A stretch of 63,641 bases of DNA, filler included, from Octopus bimaculoides (GCF_001194135.2; 4 parts of 4 records of this genome joined end to end with filler, not necessarily neighbours in it), one strand, 5' to 3'. Positions 36,306 through 50,982 are shown, counted from the whole stretch's first letter. Numbers and translations: made by a program. The notes: generated by a model from the letters alone, not told the origin.

Positions 36306-37307
36306 CATATATACGACGGGCTTCTTTCAGTTTCCGTCTACCAAATCCACTCACAAGGCATTGGTCGACCCGAGGCTATAGTAGAAGACACTTGCCCAAA
36401 GTGCCATGCAGTGAGAATGAACCCAGAACCATGTGGTTGGTAACCAAGCTACTTACCACACAGCCATTCCTGTACTATATATATTATAGTACAGACCACA
36501 TTCATAAGCTTTCCTACTTATAGCTGTTGTTATTTTACTCCAATTCTATTATTCCTAGACGCTCATTTATCTTATAACTTCTTGTTTGTAAATCTATAAG
36601 ATCGTATCAAGATGAGATGCCTTGATAAGATGTGTAGTTGCTAAAAAGAAAAAAGAAAAATATGTCTCAATAGAGACATAACTTTCTGACATATTCCGAT
36701 GAAACAAAATATGTTGTAGAGAAACAATGTATACTAAAAGAATGCACACACACACACGTGCGCGCACACACACACATACGTACATATTTACAGCATTTGA
36801 CTCCTGCATGCGATGTTACAACCTTTTGCTCGTCTTCTACATTAGCAGTATAACTATCACCTACTTCTATACTGGTAGGACCGTGCTCTGCAGTACAGGC
36901 CTCTAGCATGCGTACTCCCTGTATTTCAGTTTAATTTCTCTAATGTCACGTTGATGTACTGATTAGTGCGATTATAAGGTTTACTGTCTGAGGAAGGAAA
37001 ATAACAGTGCACAAGTATTTCTGCATCATTACGCATCATCAGTACTAATCTCTCCCTCCCTTTGTCCCAATAATACGAGATATATGCTAACAGGAGTGGT
37101 ACACATTCTGGCCGAGATAATTTATACTTTTGCCTTTTAATTTTTACTTGTTTCAGTCATTAGACTATTTCAGTCATTAGTCGAGCAAATCGCCCCCAGG
37201 ACTTATTCTTTGTAAGCCTAGTACTTATTCTATCGGTCTCATTTGCCGAACCGCTAAGTTACGGGGATGGTGGAGGGACAAACACAGACACACAAACATA
37301 TACACAC

Positions 37308-37386
<79 letters not shown>

Positions 37387-37820
37387 TACGCCGGGCTTCT
37401 TTCAGTTTCCGTCTATCAAATCCATTCACAAGGCTTTGGTCGGTCCGAGGCTNNNNNNNNNNNNNNNNNNNNNNNNNNNNNNNNNNNNNNNNNNNNNNNN
37501 NNNNNNNNNNNNNNNNNNNNNNNNNNNNNNNNNNNNNNNNNNNNNNNNNNNNNNNNNNNNNNNNNNNNNNNNNNNNNNNNNNNNNNNNNNNNNNNNNNNN
37601 NNNNNNNNNNNNNNNNNNNNNNNNNNNNNNNNNNNNNNNNNNNNNNNNNNNNNNNNNNNNNNNNNNNNNNNNNNNNNNNNNNNNNNNNNNNNNNNNNNNN
37701 NNNNNNNNNNNNNNNNNNNNNNNNNNNNNNNNNNNNNNNNNNNNNNNNNNNNNNNNNNNNNNNNNNNNNNNNNNNNNNNNNNNNNNNNNNNNNNNNNNNN
37801 NNNNNNNNNNNNNNNNNNNN

Positions 37821-37852
<32 letters not shown>

Positions 37853-37907
37853 TACAATTAAATATATAAATCCATATATATTTATTTATGCTCTGTGTGT
37901 GTATGTA

Positions 37908-37948
<41 letters not shown>

Positions 37949-38276
37949 GTGCGTGCGTGTATGTATGTGGAAATTCAACGGTATGTCTTTGTAATCTATG
38001 GGATCCTAAATGAAATAATTTGTGATTTATTAGACTAGTATGTGTGAATGACCAGACGGGATGTCTGAGTGCGAAAGAGAAAGGGAGAGAGAGGGAGAGA
38101 GAGAGGTAAGAGTGAGAAAGAGGGAGAGATAGACAGACAGTGAGAGGGGGAGGAGACAGAGAGAGGGAGACAACGACAGAAGCGAAAGAGAGAACATAAT
38201 TAAAGACAGGAAGACAGAAAAGCAAAAACAAATAGACGAGAGAGAATAATGATCGCTTGCAAAAGAGATGTAAGGG

Positions 38277-38340
<64 letters not shown>

Positions 38341-38515
38341 CAATGAACATGTGTTGCCATGATGTAGATGTATCAGTCTTTCTACCTCTTTGTGTACCGT
38401 ATTGGCAGGAAAGACGAACAATGAATTTATTTCCGTATGTGTGTGAATATACATACATACGTACATACGTACATACCTACATACCTACATACATACATAC
38501 ATACATATGTATGTG

Positions 38516-38547
<32 letters not shown>

Positions 38548-38657
38548 CGCGTGTATATATATATATATATATGTATATGTGTGTGTATATGTATGTATGT
38601 ATATATGTAGATAGATAGCGAGAGATAGAGAGAAAAAGAGAGTTATATATGTATATA

Positions 38658-38699
<42 letters not shown>

Positions 38700-39712
38700 T
38701 GTATACACACATGTTGTAATGGAACTCTCACCTAGTTTATAGTCTTTATCAAAATTTTTAGTATTTCCGCATGGATTTGTTGCAGTTTATTAGAACTGTA
38801 ACGTCGAAACGTTTCTCGACTTTCACTATCTCATATTCAGAATGAAGTGGTGTTGGCGTGTATTGCACAATGTGATTTGTCTCTGTAGTTCGACAGAGAC
38901 TTGGATTTTGACCGTTAAATTTGTGCAGCAGTGAATTGTTCATCTTTTGTTTTCGACTAGTTTAAGTCATTGGAGTCTTAATTTTAATATTATACTTCGT
39001 TATCAGTATTGCTTCCAGCATTAATCCATTCTCTCGTTGACTCTTCATGCGCTTACAACAACGAGCAATTGTTGTGCATTACACCACAGAAGACAAAAAA
39101 ACAACTGTAGATTGTAAATAAGTACCAGTTGAGTACTGGGGGTTGATGTAATCAATATATTCCGCCCCCGAAATTGCTAGTCTTGTGCCAAAATTTGAAA
39201 CCAATATTCGTTAGAGATTTATCTAACAGTGTGGTGTGAGCAACCCACGTCCGTTTTTCTTTCTTGGCTCGCTCTTATCCCTTTTCCTGGAAGACCAGCA
39301 GTCGCCCATGCCTACCAGCCCCACCCCCGTCTCCACGCCACCGATGTTATCCAAGGGAAAGGCAAACGCTGATACAGCAACTCATTTCTATGGCTGAGTG
39401 AACCGGAGCAACGTGAAAAGAAGTGTCTTGCTCAAATACATATATACATATAATATATTCTTTTATTCTTTTATTTGTTTCAGTCATCTCGACTGCGGCC
39501 ATGCTGGAGCACTGCCTTTATTCGAACAAATCGCCCTCAGGACTTATTCTTTGTAAGCATAGTACTTATTCTATAGGTCTCTTTTGCCGCCCCATTAAGT
39601 TACGGAGACATAAACATCGGTTGTCAAGCGATGGTGGTGGGAGAAACACACGCACAAACAGACACACACAAACAGACACACACACAAACAGACACACACA
39701 AACACACACACT

Positions 39713-39745
<33 letters not shown>

Positions 39746-40286
39746 GACGGGCTTCTTTCAGTTTCCGTCTACCACATCCTCTCACAAGGTGCCACGCAGT
39801 GGGACTGAACCCGTAACCATGTGGTTGGTAAGCAAGCTACTTNNNNNNNNNNNNNNNNNNNNNNNNNNNNNNNNNNNNNNNNNNNNNNNNNNNNNNNNNN
39901 NNNNNNNNNNNNNNNNNNNNNNNNNNNNNNNNNNNNNNNNNNNNNNNNNNNNNNNNNNNNNNNNNNNNNNNNNNNNNNNNNNNNNNNNNNNNNNNNNNNN
40001 NNNNNNNNNNNNNNNNNNNNNNNNNNNNNNNNNNNNGTAATAATTAAATCATTTTATAATTAAGAATCTCGTCAGAAGTAGGAAAAGAGATACACCGGTA
40101 TGTTATTAATTGTTAAATACACAAAACGTTACAACAAATTGAGTATTGTTATATGGATAAATTTGGGATAAACCTATCAAGAGGGACATAGGGTGTATAT
40201 TAAGTGGGAAAGTAAATATATATTAATATACTGTAGGTAATAGTTAGAAGGTGTAGAGATATATAATGGATAGTAATTAACCATAC

Positions 40287-40424
40287 CTTATTTACATTAG
40301 GCGGATATTTGTGCTCATCTTGTTTGTTGTTAACACAGCGATTCGGCTGATATACCCTCCAGCCTTTATCAGGTGTCTTGGCGAAATTTCGAACCTAGAT
40401 TCTCATTCCTAAGGTATTTTTCGA

Positions 40425-40484
<60 letters not shown>

Positions 40485-40490
40485 AGTCAC
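40287..40490 (-). mobile_element. Composite tRNA-head/(TAA)n/hammerhead element (copy 2, 5' truncated)
   Basis: GTGACTTGAAT(AAT)n...GACAC-CTGATAA-A-GGCTG...CAGCC-GAATCGCT-GTGTT at 40332-40377 (-). Confidence 0.8.
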
Positions 40491-40689
40491 GGCGTAAAAA
40501 TGCAGAATTATCGGAGTAATGGGCATTCAAAAAAGTATGTGTGCATAGAAATGTATGAATGAAGTCTTTAAGGTTTAAGATTCAAATCAAGGAAGTACAA
40601 TAATAATGTTTAGCAGTTCAAAACTGAGTAGTGAAATGCAGAATTAGGTCGGCTGATCATGTGAATCAAATATTGATTGCTTCGCTAAA

Positions 40690-41145
40690 AACTGCAGGTG
40701 GTATGGGTTATTTCGCTTAGGTTGTTTAAATAAAATATTAGTAATATGTGGTAGATAGAAGGATCCATTGGAAGGGCCCTATTATCGATTTTCTTTTTCA
40801 ACAATCTAAGTATGTCACGAGGTTTCCAGACATGAGTTCTACTCACGTGTCAAATAAAGTAATATTGTCTGCAAAAATTAGAAATTGGACAAATAAAAAT
40901 CAATATTCAAAGTAATCGAACATAAACATTGAAATGGGTTATTTCCATTCAGTGCTTAAAAAATATTATGCAGGTGCTATGGGTTATTTCCTTTGGGTGT
41001 TTTTAAAAATAATTAGTTATATGAGGTAGATATAAAGGTCCCTTCCAGGGGCCGTATTATTGATTTTTTTCAACAATCTAAGTATGTCACGAGGTTTCCA
41101 TACATGAGTTCTACTCACGTGCCAAGTTTCATCAAAATCAGTCAA
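40690..41145 (+). mobile_element. Non-autonomous Helitron-like element with an internal duplication of about 160-170 nt
   Basis: Two copies of GCAGGTG.TATGGGTTATTTC...GAGTTCTACTCACGTG (about 40696-40855 and 40971-41140); CCAAGTTTCATCAAAATC motif typical of Lep1/DINE-like elements. Confidence 0.55.
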
Positions 41146-42229
41146 ATGATGTACATGGTTCCGAGTTCAGTCCTACTGCGTGGTACCTTAGGCAAGTGTC
41201 TTCTACTATAGCCTCGGGCCGACCAAAGCCTTGTGAGTGGATTTGGTAGACGGAAACTGAAAGAAGCCCGTCGTATATATGTATATGTATATATATATAT
41301 ATGTGTTTGTTCCCCCAACATCACTTGGCAACCGATGCTGGTGTGTTAACGTCCCCGTAACTTAGCGGTTCGGCAAAAGAAACCGATAGAAAAAGTACTA
41401 GGCTTACAAAGAATAAGTCCTGGGGTAGATTTGCTCGACTAAAGGCGGTGCTCCAGTATGGCCGCAGTCAAATGACTGAAACAAGGAAAAGAGTAAAAGA
41501 GTAAAGAGTATATAAATACAAGTGTGTGTGTGCGCATGAGCAACTAAACCGCCATAATCCAAGATACCAAGAACCCTTAAACAATGGCATTTTAGAAATA
41601 CGAAAACACAAGATATAAATAGTTCAAACTCAACAAACACAGCAAACGAATGCATCCTTTATCAGCTGCCTAACGGTTATCTTTATGGTTTCGACACCTG
41701 GGCAGTTTCATTCAATCCCGCGATGTCAACAGTATTAAAAATATAAACATTATTTCGGAATCCTTAGACAAGAAGCAATATGTCCAGTACATCTGCACCT
41801 ACATCTTGTTATAAATACAAACATCAAACTTAAACACACACATTCTACAATATTATACGAACATATACACATACACACTCATTCACACGTGCACAAACAT
41901 ACACACACAAGTACAATACCATTATGCTTTTCTATTTTGCTTACTTGATATTATCTTGTTTTCACATAAGGATTGCTCTTTGATTGCAAAAGCGCAACGT
42001 TCGCTAATGTGATGTGATGGGACGATCACAAATTGAAGAGAGGCTACACTTCTACACTTTCCGACGAAATTGGTATTAATTTCCTAGAACGAAAGACATG
42101 CTTAACTATTTTTGTTAGGACTGTTTATCCCGCAGATCTTTGTTGAGATACGCTCGTAAAGAACTTCTAGTTTTGCACGAGACACCTTCAAGTAGAACAC
42201 GAGATATTGTTTCACAAGTAAGCATGGGC

Positions 42230-43800
42230 TAAACCCCCGTTTCTGACACTCTACAGGGTACAGGAACAGTTCTTGTTTTAGTCACCGTTTAATGAAAAAT
42301 TCTCGTGATACGCTTATACTGCTCTGGGAATAACCCGGCAACTTTTCCCGTGAAGCCAATAAATAAATCAGAACAACTACACTTTCCGACATACATAATA
42401 ACATCTTGAGGATATTCATGCTGCTCTTGGTAAAGATAATGGCACGATAGCAAATGGCGAGTTATATTTTTATTGTTGACCAAAGAATCTCGGATTAATA
42501 TATTTTCAACTCTCAACTTAGCTTCGTTTAATTTGAAGAAGGTAAAATGTTCTGAGTGAATCTGTGTACCCGTATTCACAATAAACTAATTGAAAAGTTG
42601 ACAGAAATGATGAAGTAGATCCCTGTCTAATTTGATTGTTGATCTGTAGGCAAAAATCAATCTGCATATAAACCCCTTCTATCAAATCTGTGAACACTAA
42701 AGCTGCATCTATAATTCCCTTCCCAAAGTAAGTAAGAGTAATTCAATAGATTATAGGAATGCTGTTTGACTGATTGTTCACGTTTTTGCTGCGCTATGTC
42801 TCTTTTATAGAACTCCAGCCATAGTAATAATTTCATTGTAAATAGGAACGTTAATATAACGTTCATGATATCAAGAAAGCATTTTATCTATATAGCTGAT
42901 AAATTCTTTCTTAGTTTCATAAGATCATATCTAAAACTTATTACATAGTCGTTGTGTTGATGTTACTTTTTCCGAATATCGAAGGCAACTTCCTCAGAAA
43001 CACTGCGCCATTGTTTCAACACTATCTTGTCAGTTGCTGTCCGTCACTCAAGAAATATATCCGCAATTAGTTATGATCAGCCCTCACAAATAGAAGTGGC
43101 ACTGCTCGATAATAAATTTGCCCCAAAATTTTGAATGTAAGCATTCATTCTCCTTTATCAAATTCAGTACGTTTGTATCTCTTTGCCTTAGAAGAAAATT
43201 ATTTGATTCTGCTCTACTCCCTTTCTATAATTGTTTAAATGACTTTGAAGGCATCGATATAGATCGTAATTTAAAAAAAAAATCTATTTGAACAGCTCAT
43301 ACTGGAGCTTCTTTCCACTTCTTTAGTTGGCAACGTGGACGTGTTCAAAATATTATGTCAATGAAGACAACCGGATCAAATTCACAATTTGTGATATATT
43401 CAGATATTCTTCTTGCCAGTTTTTTCTTCGAGCTCTTTGATTTCTAGTCCCGATTTCTTGAAGACGATTCCATCTTCTTCACTTTCATTTAATCTTTTTT
43501 GACTACTTGTTCTAATCGATTCAAGACCATTCATCTTCGATTTCTGATTCATATTGTGTAGCCATTACATTACTTTTGCGTTTCACTGTTAACCTTTCAA
43601 ATGATACTCGTCTGATTAAAAATTTCTCTAAACATTTGCGCCTTGCTTCTCTGAAAAAATGTGGCCTAAAGAATATTTTCCCTTCATTTCTTCTATAAAA
43701 GTAAAAAAGAAATCTTTTACGTACGAACAGAATATTGTAATACGTAAGGGAAATAAGCGTACATGTACTTTTAAAAAATAAATATGCATTTACTTCTTGA
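42230..43800 (-). mobile_element. Decayed piggyBac-like transposase
   Basis: Acidic N-terminus MATQYESEIEDEWS, YN..(I)TMAGV (cf. YN..MGGVD), GIIDAALV (cf. ..IDIA.VN), Cys/His-containing C-terminal remnant; heavily disrupted. Confidence 0.5.
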
Positions 43801-44497
43801 AACCTCATTTAATTATTGAACATTTACAGTATTGATACAAATATATAGTCTTAGAAAATTACTGATGGCAAAATATAGACCACCCATTATCATTGACGAA
43901 GTTCAAAGGAAACAATGTGCTTTGTTTTTCTATCTCTAGCGTTTGGATAAAGACTATTCAGACAGCCAGCAGAGAAATATCCATGAGAGAAGGATGTTTC
44001 TTCTCACTATTATCCGACCACCTTTAGAGCCAGGTTGATATATATATTAACAGCTGAAATATCTATAGTCGTATTTATGATTTTTATAATTTACAAAATC
44101 AATTTTCTTTCTCAGGAAATACATGTACACATTTCTCATTCGAGAAATAATTTCTTTCAACAGTAAGTATTAATTTTTCATCAAAGTATAATGAACGTAT
44201 GCAACCAAGAAAACATGAAATGAAAGAAACAAAATAACGATGTCTATTTTACAGATACGAAAATTCACTGACAACCACAAGGTTACATGATCGATTTCGG
44301 AAATAGAGCAAGAAAAAAATTCTTTTAAGCAGCAGATTTTGCTAGAAAGTAGCCCCAAATAAATCAATAAATAAGTATATATGCATACATATACACATAG
44401 ATATACATACATGCAAGTGTACATGCATAAACACACATGCATATACTCCCGTATATATACATACATGCATACATATATACATGTATATGTATATATC

Positions 44498-44625
<128 letters not shown>

Positions 44626-45494
44626 ACGATTTCTTGTAGTTAACATAGTAGAAATTTAATATGACAATTAATAGTGTAATTATCCTTCAAAATTTAAATT
44701 TTAATTTAGAAAATAAATTAAGGCGGTGAGCTGGCAGAATTGTTTGCATAGCAGGCAGAATGCATAGCAGCATTTGTTTCGTCTCTGCGTTCTGAGTTCA
44801 GATTACACCGTGGTCAACTTGGCCTTTCATCTTTTCGAGGTCAAGTACGAGTTGAGTACTGTGGGTCAATGTAATCGACTTTGTCCCCCGAATTTGCTAG
44901 CCTTGTGCCAAAATTTGAAACCAATAAAGAAAGGAGATTAAATTTAAAAAAAAAACACTCTACGAAATTATCATAATCTAACACAGATAGCTCAGTCTGG
45001 GAACTTATGATTCCAAACAACATCTTCAGAATGCAGTGAACACCTTTGTATACACAAATGATAGTAATTTTTTCTTGTCACTTAAAGACATAAATTTATA
45101 GAAACCCAGACATATATGCGTATCTTAAAAGAATAGAGCAAATACCTTTAAAAGACACTGTACGTGTGCGTTATAAAGAGTTAGAAGTGGAATGAAAATG
45201 AATTTAACATTTATATTATTCATAAAAACAACGTCCGTTCTTTTTTTTAAATTCCAGCTGCAGCATTTGAATAAAAACTAACAATTTTATATTCCAGCAT
45301 AAAGTTGCCCTATTTATATTTCAGATTTTAAATTTACAAAATCAATTTCCGTTTATATGAATTACATATTTTTAATACACACACACACATGTATACACAC
45401 GCAAACATAAATAGGCAGTAAATACCAATACACAATACGATTGGTGGAAATTTCCTCCTGCACATTACTATCATATACATACATACATACAAAC

Positions 45495-45547
<53 letters not shown>

Positions 45548-45695
45548 NNNNNNNNNNNNNNNNNNNNNNNNNNNNNNNNNNNNNNNNNNNNNNNNNNNNN
45601 NNNNNNNNNNNNNNNNNNNNNNNNNNNNNNNNNNNNNNNNNNNNNNNNNNNNNNNNNNNNNNNNNNNNNNNNNNNNNNNNNNNNNNNNNNNNNNN

Positions 45696-45730
<35 letters not shown>

Positions 45731-47361
45731 ACAAAATAGGGTGAATAAACTACACAAGACTTGTGTTATATGATTAAAGAATATATTTAAATCGTTATGT
45801 TAGGATAATGTTATAAAATTTTGTGTAAAATAACATTGTTTTGGGAGAAATAACCGATTTCGTATTTTCTTTTCAAATTTCTCAAATTTTTTTACCAATA
45901 TTGTGTCATCTCTTCGCTATAAAGTGAACAATGAGAGTTCAAGACAGGGGAAGCTAATCAGGGATTTTTTCGCTATAAGGGAGATAATCAAAAATGTTGG
46001 GAATGACTAGATTTTATTAATTTAGCATGATTTGGTTTAGAAAGAATAGAATGTCACAAGTGGTTAAGTTTTGCTTTATATTTTTTTTTTCCTATTATTT
46101 AACATTGCTACAAATGGTTAAGTTTTGGCTTATATTTTTCAATGAAGAAGGTTTCCTTATTTAATCTAACTTGTGTTGGTGTTACAATGGCACATTGATA
46201 AAATGGAAAGATTACAAATTGTGGTAGCAGTTGCTTTGCGCATTTCTCAATGTGTTCACTAAAGGGTATCATTTTGTATTCTGGGAATGCAATCTGCCGT
46301 CGGTGAAGAGTGTATCTGCGTCTGAGCGATAATCACGTGTAGCCTATGTAGTTTGGGTGGCAGCCCGGCCATATATATTCAACGATATGCAGAAAGTATG
46401 TGATATGTATTGTTTTATATTTTATTCTTTTATCATTATCATTGAGTCAGAAAGAAACATACGCCATCAAAGCGACGCTGTAGTATGAATGTATGTATGT
46501 ATGTATGTATGTACGTACGTACGTACGTACGTACGTATGTGTGTATGTATGTATGTATGTATGTATGTATGTATGTATGTATATACACGATCATACTGTT
46601 TTTTTCCAGCTTTACTACAAAAACAATTTCCTTCTACATGAAGCATACATTCTTCATTAGAAATGTATTTAATTTGTTTAAAGTTTGCAGGAAAAGTCGC
46701 CTGTCTTGTTAAGATCCTCGTTTTTGTAACCGCGTGGTTTCGTGCTTTATCTTTAGTTCCGCAGTACAAAACCTTAAGAAAATGCCTTTTTCAATAGCCT
46801 CCAGCCGACCAGTGGCTTCTGACTGAATGTAGAAGCCTATATATATATATATNNNNNNNNNNNNNNNNNNNNNNNNNNNNNNNNNNNNNNNNNNNNNNNN
46901 NNNNNNNNNNNNNNNNNNNNNNNNNNNNNNNNNNNNNNNNNNNNNNNNNNNNNNNNNNNNNNNNNNNNNNNNNNNNNNNNNNNNNNNNNNNNNNNNNNNN
47001 NNNNNNNNNNNNNNNNNNNNNNNNNNNNNNNNNNNNNNNNNNNNNNNNNNNNNNNNNNNNNTATATATATATATATATATATATATATTACACACCCATA
47101 TTTACCTCAACATGGTACACAGAAACAGCTGTAAACTCACTCTTACCCTCACTTTGTTTAACTAATTAAACAATGGCTTTTTAGCACCAAAGACACACTT
47201 CTCACTGTTGTTCTTCCTCCATTTTCTTATCGTCTCTATATACATTAAACTACGGTTTACCTTTTAAATTACCTTATATCAAAGACCATACTTACTGAGG
47301 TAATTACCAGGAGTGCTTTTCGACACTTCTATCCCTTAGAAGGTTTAAACATCTCTAACTT

Positions 47362-47393
<32 letters not shown>

Positions 47394-48245
47394 CAGACAC
47401 ATAAACTTACTTGGAAATGGATGCGTGGCGTTCAATTAAATAATAATATAAATAATACACACACACACACATATATATATATGTGTGCACGATTGTGTCT
47501 TTGTGTTTGTGTAGTATATATTGCCCACTGCTTGACAACTGGAGTTGTTTTAAGTCTCAGCAAGCTGGAGGTTTAGCAAAAGGAGATTGTAAAATAAGCA
47601 GCAGGCTTTAGAACAAAATTAGTGCTGGGATCAATTTGTCCGACCAAAGCCCGAGGCGATGTCTCGCACAAGGCCGCACTCCAATGAATAGCAAGTAAAA
47701 GACAAATTACATAGTTGGTGACTTTCTCCATGAAAAGGTTCGTTCCTACGTGAACTTTCTACTAACTTGCTCAAAGGAAATCATATATCCACTCAGATGC
47801 GATAAAATAAGGCAATAGTCTAAGCAAGAGAAGTGGTGGAATGATTTGAGCACTGAACAGAGCGCTCTGAGATATTTGCTCCGTTTATTTTTTAGGCGCA
47901 GGAGTGGCTGTGTGGTAAGTAGCTTGCTTACCAACCACATGGTTCCAGATTCAGTTCCAGTGCATGGAACTTTGGGCAAGTGTCTTCTACTATAGCCTCG
48001 GGCCGACCGAAACCTTGTGAGTGCATTTGGTTGACGGAAACTGAAAGAAACCCGTCGTATTTATATATAACATTTTTTGTGATGTCCGTACCCATATATG
48101 CATGTATGTATACATATAGATGTAGGTATGTACATATATGTTTGAATATATGCATATATTTATATATTATTTATGTTATTATATATATATANNNNNNNNN
48201 NATATGTTTGAATATATGCATATATTTATATATTATTTATGTTAT

Positions 48246-48282
<37 letters not shown>

Positions 48283-49297
48283 ATCTACCATCACTTGATA
48301 ACCGATGCTGGTGTGTTTACATCCCTGTAACATAGCGGTTCGGCCTGAGAGACCGATAGAATAAGTACTAGCCTTAGAAAGAATAAGTCCTGGGATCGAT
48401 TTGTTCGACTAAAAAGGTGCCACCCCAGAATGGCCGCAGTCAAATGACTGAAACAAATTAAAGAACATTAGAATAACGTTCTGAGTTTTGAAGTAGATAT
48501 TTTTATCTTTTGCCTTTTACTTGTGCCAGTCATTGAACTACGGCCATGTTAGGACACAGCCATTCACTTCTAAAGTCTTGTACTTATTCTATCGCTCTTC
48601 TTACGGGGACGTAAACAAACCATAGCTTGACAACACACTATACTTGTCCAAAGTGCTGCAGAGTGGGACTGAACGCAAATGGTTCGGAAGCAAACTTGTT
48701 TACATGCACTTAGCAAGTTGGCTTCTTATACAAATAATATTCGAAGAAAAGCAACGAGTCATGTCCTACGCATTCTATCACGAAAGTTTCAGGACAAACA
48801 GATGTCGGTTGTCAAAGAAATAGCCAGGGTCCTTCGTGGAGAAGGATGCTATTTGAGAGACTTTTGGCTGCTATTTCTAATAAAGCAACCCACCGCATAA
48901 AAATCTCTCGTAGTAGCGAGGAGTTGTTAGAAAAAACTTATACGATAAAGCGATATCTAATGTTTAATGACACAATAGGATTGTAGTCTTCAGCAAAGCA
49001 TGTGATGTTTGTCATATCGTATATCGCCAAAGATTAAATTACACTTTGGAACTGAGGCTACAATGGGACAGATAAAATAAAGCGAACAAATATCCACGAT
49101 TAAGTATCATTTCATGAATGTTGTTACAGTTTTATATATACATCAGAAATAAGAACGTTAAGCGTAATACAAATGTACAAATATACATGTCCACATATCA
49201 ATATATCCAAATGCTAATGAGTATTATTGTCATGTTATTGTGTTACAATTTCATATATACATCACGAATAAGAAAGATAAGATCAACACAAATGTAC

Positions 49298-49330
<33 letters not shown>

Positions 49331-49809
49331 NNNNNNNNNNNNNNNNNNNNNNNNNNNNNNNNNNNNNNNNNNNNNNNNNNNNNNNNNNNNNNNNNNNNNN
49401 NNNNNNNNNNNNNNNNNNNNNNNNNNNNNNNNNNNNNNNNNNNNNNNNNNNNNNNNNNNNNNNNNNNNNNNNNNNNNNNNNNNNNNNNNNNNNNNNNNNN
49501 NNNNNNNNNNNNNNNNNNNNNNNNNNNATCAGTATATTTAAATGTTAGACCTTGAAAAGAACAGAAAAAAAGAAAGAGGAAGGTAATATCCAGTACACAG
49601 AGTAGTGTTTGTTAATAAATTTATGTTACTTAACGCTAAAGGCGTGAGTGTGTGGTAAAAAGTTTATTTCTCAATCTCATGATTTCGAGATCAGTTTCAC
49701 CGTGTAGCACCTCGGGTAAGTACCTTCTACTATAGCCTACGGCCGACCAAAGCCTTGTGAGTGGATTTGGTAGACGAAAATTGAAAGAAGCCCGTCGTGG
49801 ACCGCTGAA

Positions 49810-49981
49810 ATCTACGAGTTCTTGTCATTCTCACTCTGTTTATTTTCTCTTATTCCTTTCTGTTGAAGAGCGTAGGCTCGAAACGTGAAAGACTTTTTCA
49901 TTTTTTCCAAGCGTCAAACTAATACACTTGCTTGTTGTTCATACACCTGACTTCGTCTTTTGTGTTTCTATAAATTTCAAC

Positions 49982-49985
<4 letters not shown>
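49810..49985 (+). mobile_element. PLE-type terminus with variant hammerhead, lying inside a SINE A copy
   Basis: CTTT-CTGTTGA-A-GAGC gtag GCTC-GAAA-CGTG-AAAG at 49856-49891, between the SINE 5' half (49640-49798) and 3' half (about 50070-50250). Confidence 0.7.
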
Positions 49986-50030
<45 letters not shown>

Positions 50031-50577
50031 NNNNNNNNNNNNNNNNNNNNNNNNNNNNNNNNNNNNNGTGTGTGTGTGTGAGACAACCAGTGTGCGTGTG
50101 TTTGCACTTCCGTAACTTGGACGGCGATAGAATAAGTGCCAAGCTTATAAATAAATAAGTCCTGGGGTCGATTCATTCGATTAAAATATTCGCCAAGGTG
50201 GTGCCCCAGCATGGCCGCAGTCTAATGGCAGAAACAAATGAAAAGTAAACGATAAAGATAAAGGAATGGTGGGACGCGAGCTTTTTAATTAAATAGTAGT
50301 TCAGTGATATAAATGCGTTTTATATTGTATCATTCATCAGAGGAGCTATAGAAGGGATTTTGAAGGTATTGCTAGCATTTTGTCGGTCAACAACAAATGT
50401 TGTTGTATACCATACAATAACTGAACTAATTAATTTTAATTACAGAGGTGTATTTGCCAGGGAAATCATTTGACCTGAAACAGTGTGCTGGAGCTAAAAT
50501 GATCGCAGCGTGAAAGACACATGTTGGCCATTGAAAAACACACAAGGGCTGTTAACTTCGCGTAACGATAGAAGATA

Positions 50578-50982
50578 CAATCGTGGCCAAAAGTTTAGAA
50601 TATAGGTCTGAAAATTAGAGTTTTTATATTAAATCCGAAAAGTTATATTTAATTTGCAATATTTAAATACTTGGCCAAAAGTCTGGAACAGAGATCTGAA
50701 AATTAGAATTTTTATATTAAATGCCCAAAGTTATATTTAATTTGGGATATTTAATTACTTGGTCAAAGGTCTGGAAATTAGAAATTTTATATTAATGGCT
50801 CAAAGTTATATTTGATTTGCAATATATTATTTCTTGGCCAAAATTTTGGATAATAGGTCTGGAAATCAGAATTTTTAAAGTAAATGCCCAAATATAGACG
50901 TTGTATATATTTGAATCGAATTGTACTTGGGAATAACAATTCAAATTTTTCAAAGGATGCTGAAAACTTTTGGCCACGACTG
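50578..50982 (+). mobile_element. Tc1-type MITE, 405 nt, TA TSD, with internal tandem repeats
   Basis: TA|CAATCGTGGCCAAAAGTTT ... AAACTTTTGGCCACGACTG|TA; about four internal units of 60-88 nt. Confidence 0.9.

Noticed and set aside
37015-37050. CTGATGA-TGC...GCA-GAAA on the minus strand
   Set aside because: No stem III or NUH triplet between GAAA and stem I, and no G-C closing pair on stem II.
48136-48260. Near-exact duplication around a short N gap
   Set aside because: Typical unmerged contig overlap (assembly artefact).
50584-50893. CRISPR-like array
   Set aside because: The units are diverged whole-unit duplications without unique spacers, inside a eukaryotic Tc1 MITE.
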